Positions 62,141 through 64,000 of a stretch of DNA of 64,000 nt are shown one piece after another; position 1 is the first letter of the stretch; each line of letters begins with the position of its first letter. The notes under the pieces are model-generated. The model worked only from the letters and a program-made list of their open reading frames with translations, did no database searches and was not told the origin of the DNA. The position numbers and the translations under genes are program-made. The DNA is taken from the NCBI GenBank assembly GCA_030390025.1, contig CM059433.1:32056001-32120000 (forward strand), read 5' to 3'. The stretch comes from Squalus acanthias. Lineage: Eukaryota.

Positions 62141-64000
62141 AGATTTTTTTTTAAACTTTACAAGAAAACAAAAACAATAACACAAACATGAGTTACCCAA
62201 CAAAGATATTGGTTTTCTGAGGTAGATTTTACAATTCATGCCCTTGGTGCAGAGATTCATACACCGGGAGCAGATGGTCCAACCCTAATGGATGGAAAAT
62301 CAAAGCACAATGGCCTCAATTGGACAGATCACCGATGTGGGACGTTCTGTAACCTGGAGTTCCCAGCAGACAGTAGTGCTCACAGGGAATGTGGTTCCCC
62401 ACTGGGAGCACTGGATCATGGAATCACCTGATATGTGCTCCCAGCGCTGAAGCTCCATGCTGCGAGCTTGACAGCCTTAATTTTACCCCTATTGTATTTG
62501 GAGTCCTTGGACAATAGTGCCAAGCTATTTCTGTATGGCTACCTGCCTAGAAGTAACTCAAACTGATCATGAATCTATTGATATTTAAAACAGATCCTTC
62601 TAATCAGCAACATCCCCCCTTTAAGTAGTTCAGGTCATGGAGCAGCCATTTTGGTTAGGTGCTCTTTTCTCATTCTATTGTATTCACGGTATCAGTCTGA
62701 ACTGCAGCTTTAGTTCTTCAAAAGTAGCACTGGGACCTCAGCACAAACACCATTCAGGATGTTCTCATCCAACATTTACAACATGCAAAAACAAAAAGAG
62801 CCTCTTTGAAGAGCAGGAGTTTTAAAAATGAAACATACAAAATTCTTACAGGGCTTGACAGGGTAGATGCAGGGAGGATGTTTCCTGTTCGCATGATGAC
62901 AGTCAAAGCACAGTCTGGACCATAATGATTTAAGGTGGGTTGCCAGGTAACCAGTGACAGGTGGACACAGTCAGATAAATTTTCCAATCAGAACTATATT
63001 AATGCCCACATTAGCCGACTAATTTAAAACAGGGTAATGCGGGCATTAAATAACACTAATTGCTAAATCTAGGTTGGGGCGGGGGGTTCCCATTGGTCTG
63101 TGTATGCCAGTGCTATGCTCAAACCAGAGATAATAGCTTGGATGTTTAAACACTGGCTCTCGTAATGGCAAAGTAACTGCTCCTAGACTTGTTTCTGCTG
63201 CTTTAGCAGGATCAAAGACTGCACACAAAATGCCAGGGAGAGTTAAGCATGCTATATGCATTCTTGGGGATGTGAGTGATTTAAAGCGGCTGTTTCATCT
63301 TCCAAAGCTAAATAGGGCCTGTGACCTCACAAGAAACGGTACGCGTTTACTACTTACTTCCCTATAGGGAGAAAGAGAGTGCCTTGTGACCAATCTCACA
63401 TAACCCTCTCTTATAAAGAACAGTGTGTGGCACAGGGTGATCCAATAGGGGGGAAAAAATTATCTACAACTTTGACAGAACAAAGGACAGGAGTGCTATT
63501 TAGTGATTGGCTACCCACCCAAATGATCCACACAGTAGTCTGGAGATTGCTGGCGATGTGCTATTCAGGGGTAACCTGTGCCTTATAAAAATCTTTGGGA
63601 GTGACCGCCTGTGGGTTTTACACACGATTTTGCTGCTTTTGGTTCAAGACCTAAATGTGGACGACATCACCCATACGCCAGCCACCAGTGAAAAGGGAAA
63701 AGTGCTAATCCCGTTAGTTGCTATGAGGAGGATTTTAAATAGCTGAACTAGTAGTGTAAAGGCATAGGCAGCTATTTACTCAGCAAAACTTCAGTAGAAT
63801 TTGACAGTCTAGATTGAGGAAAGGCCAGACACTTCAACCCTAATGCAAGGGGTCTGGGAGAGCAGGCACACACACTGTGAGACTGAACACAACACCCCAC
63901 ACCCCTGCAATTACCTGGTGCACATGGTTGACTCTCATACTAGGATCGGCAAGTCTGGTTGGATGTATTCCTGGTGGTTTCATCACATGATCTCTCGCCT

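Overview
Eukaryotic, repeat-dominated DNA with no recognisable host protein-coding exon. The repeat mix (V-SINE/HE1-like and DeuSINE/SacSINE1-like SINEs, CR1 and L2 LINEs, Penelope elements) points by inference to a cartilaginous fish, probably a shark. Main items: (1) an apparently complete PIF/Harbinger DNA transposon at 45545-49678, with perfect 16-bp TIRs, a TTA TSD, an uninterrupted 383-aa DDE transposase and a 3-exon 451-aa Myb/SANT partner that splices in frame, plus a deletion-derivative MITE at 1066-1944. (2) A young retrovirus-like LTR element at 10606-16398 with a tRNA-Arg-like PBS, coiled-coil/CCHC Gag, a UGA-CUAG junction in frame with the protease, and an in-frame deletion removing RT; it is nested in an older Harbinger. 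(3) A Penelope GIY-YIG element whose terminal repeats carry two minimal hammerhead ribozyme motifs on opposite strands. (4) A decayed Academ-type transposase with XPG and Cys-rich motifs at about 52-55 kb. (5) Tandem hAT-like insertions sharing three copies of one 8-bp target site. (6) A 28-bp minisatellite that grew out of LINE coding sequence. Family names come from motif recognition only; no searches were run.
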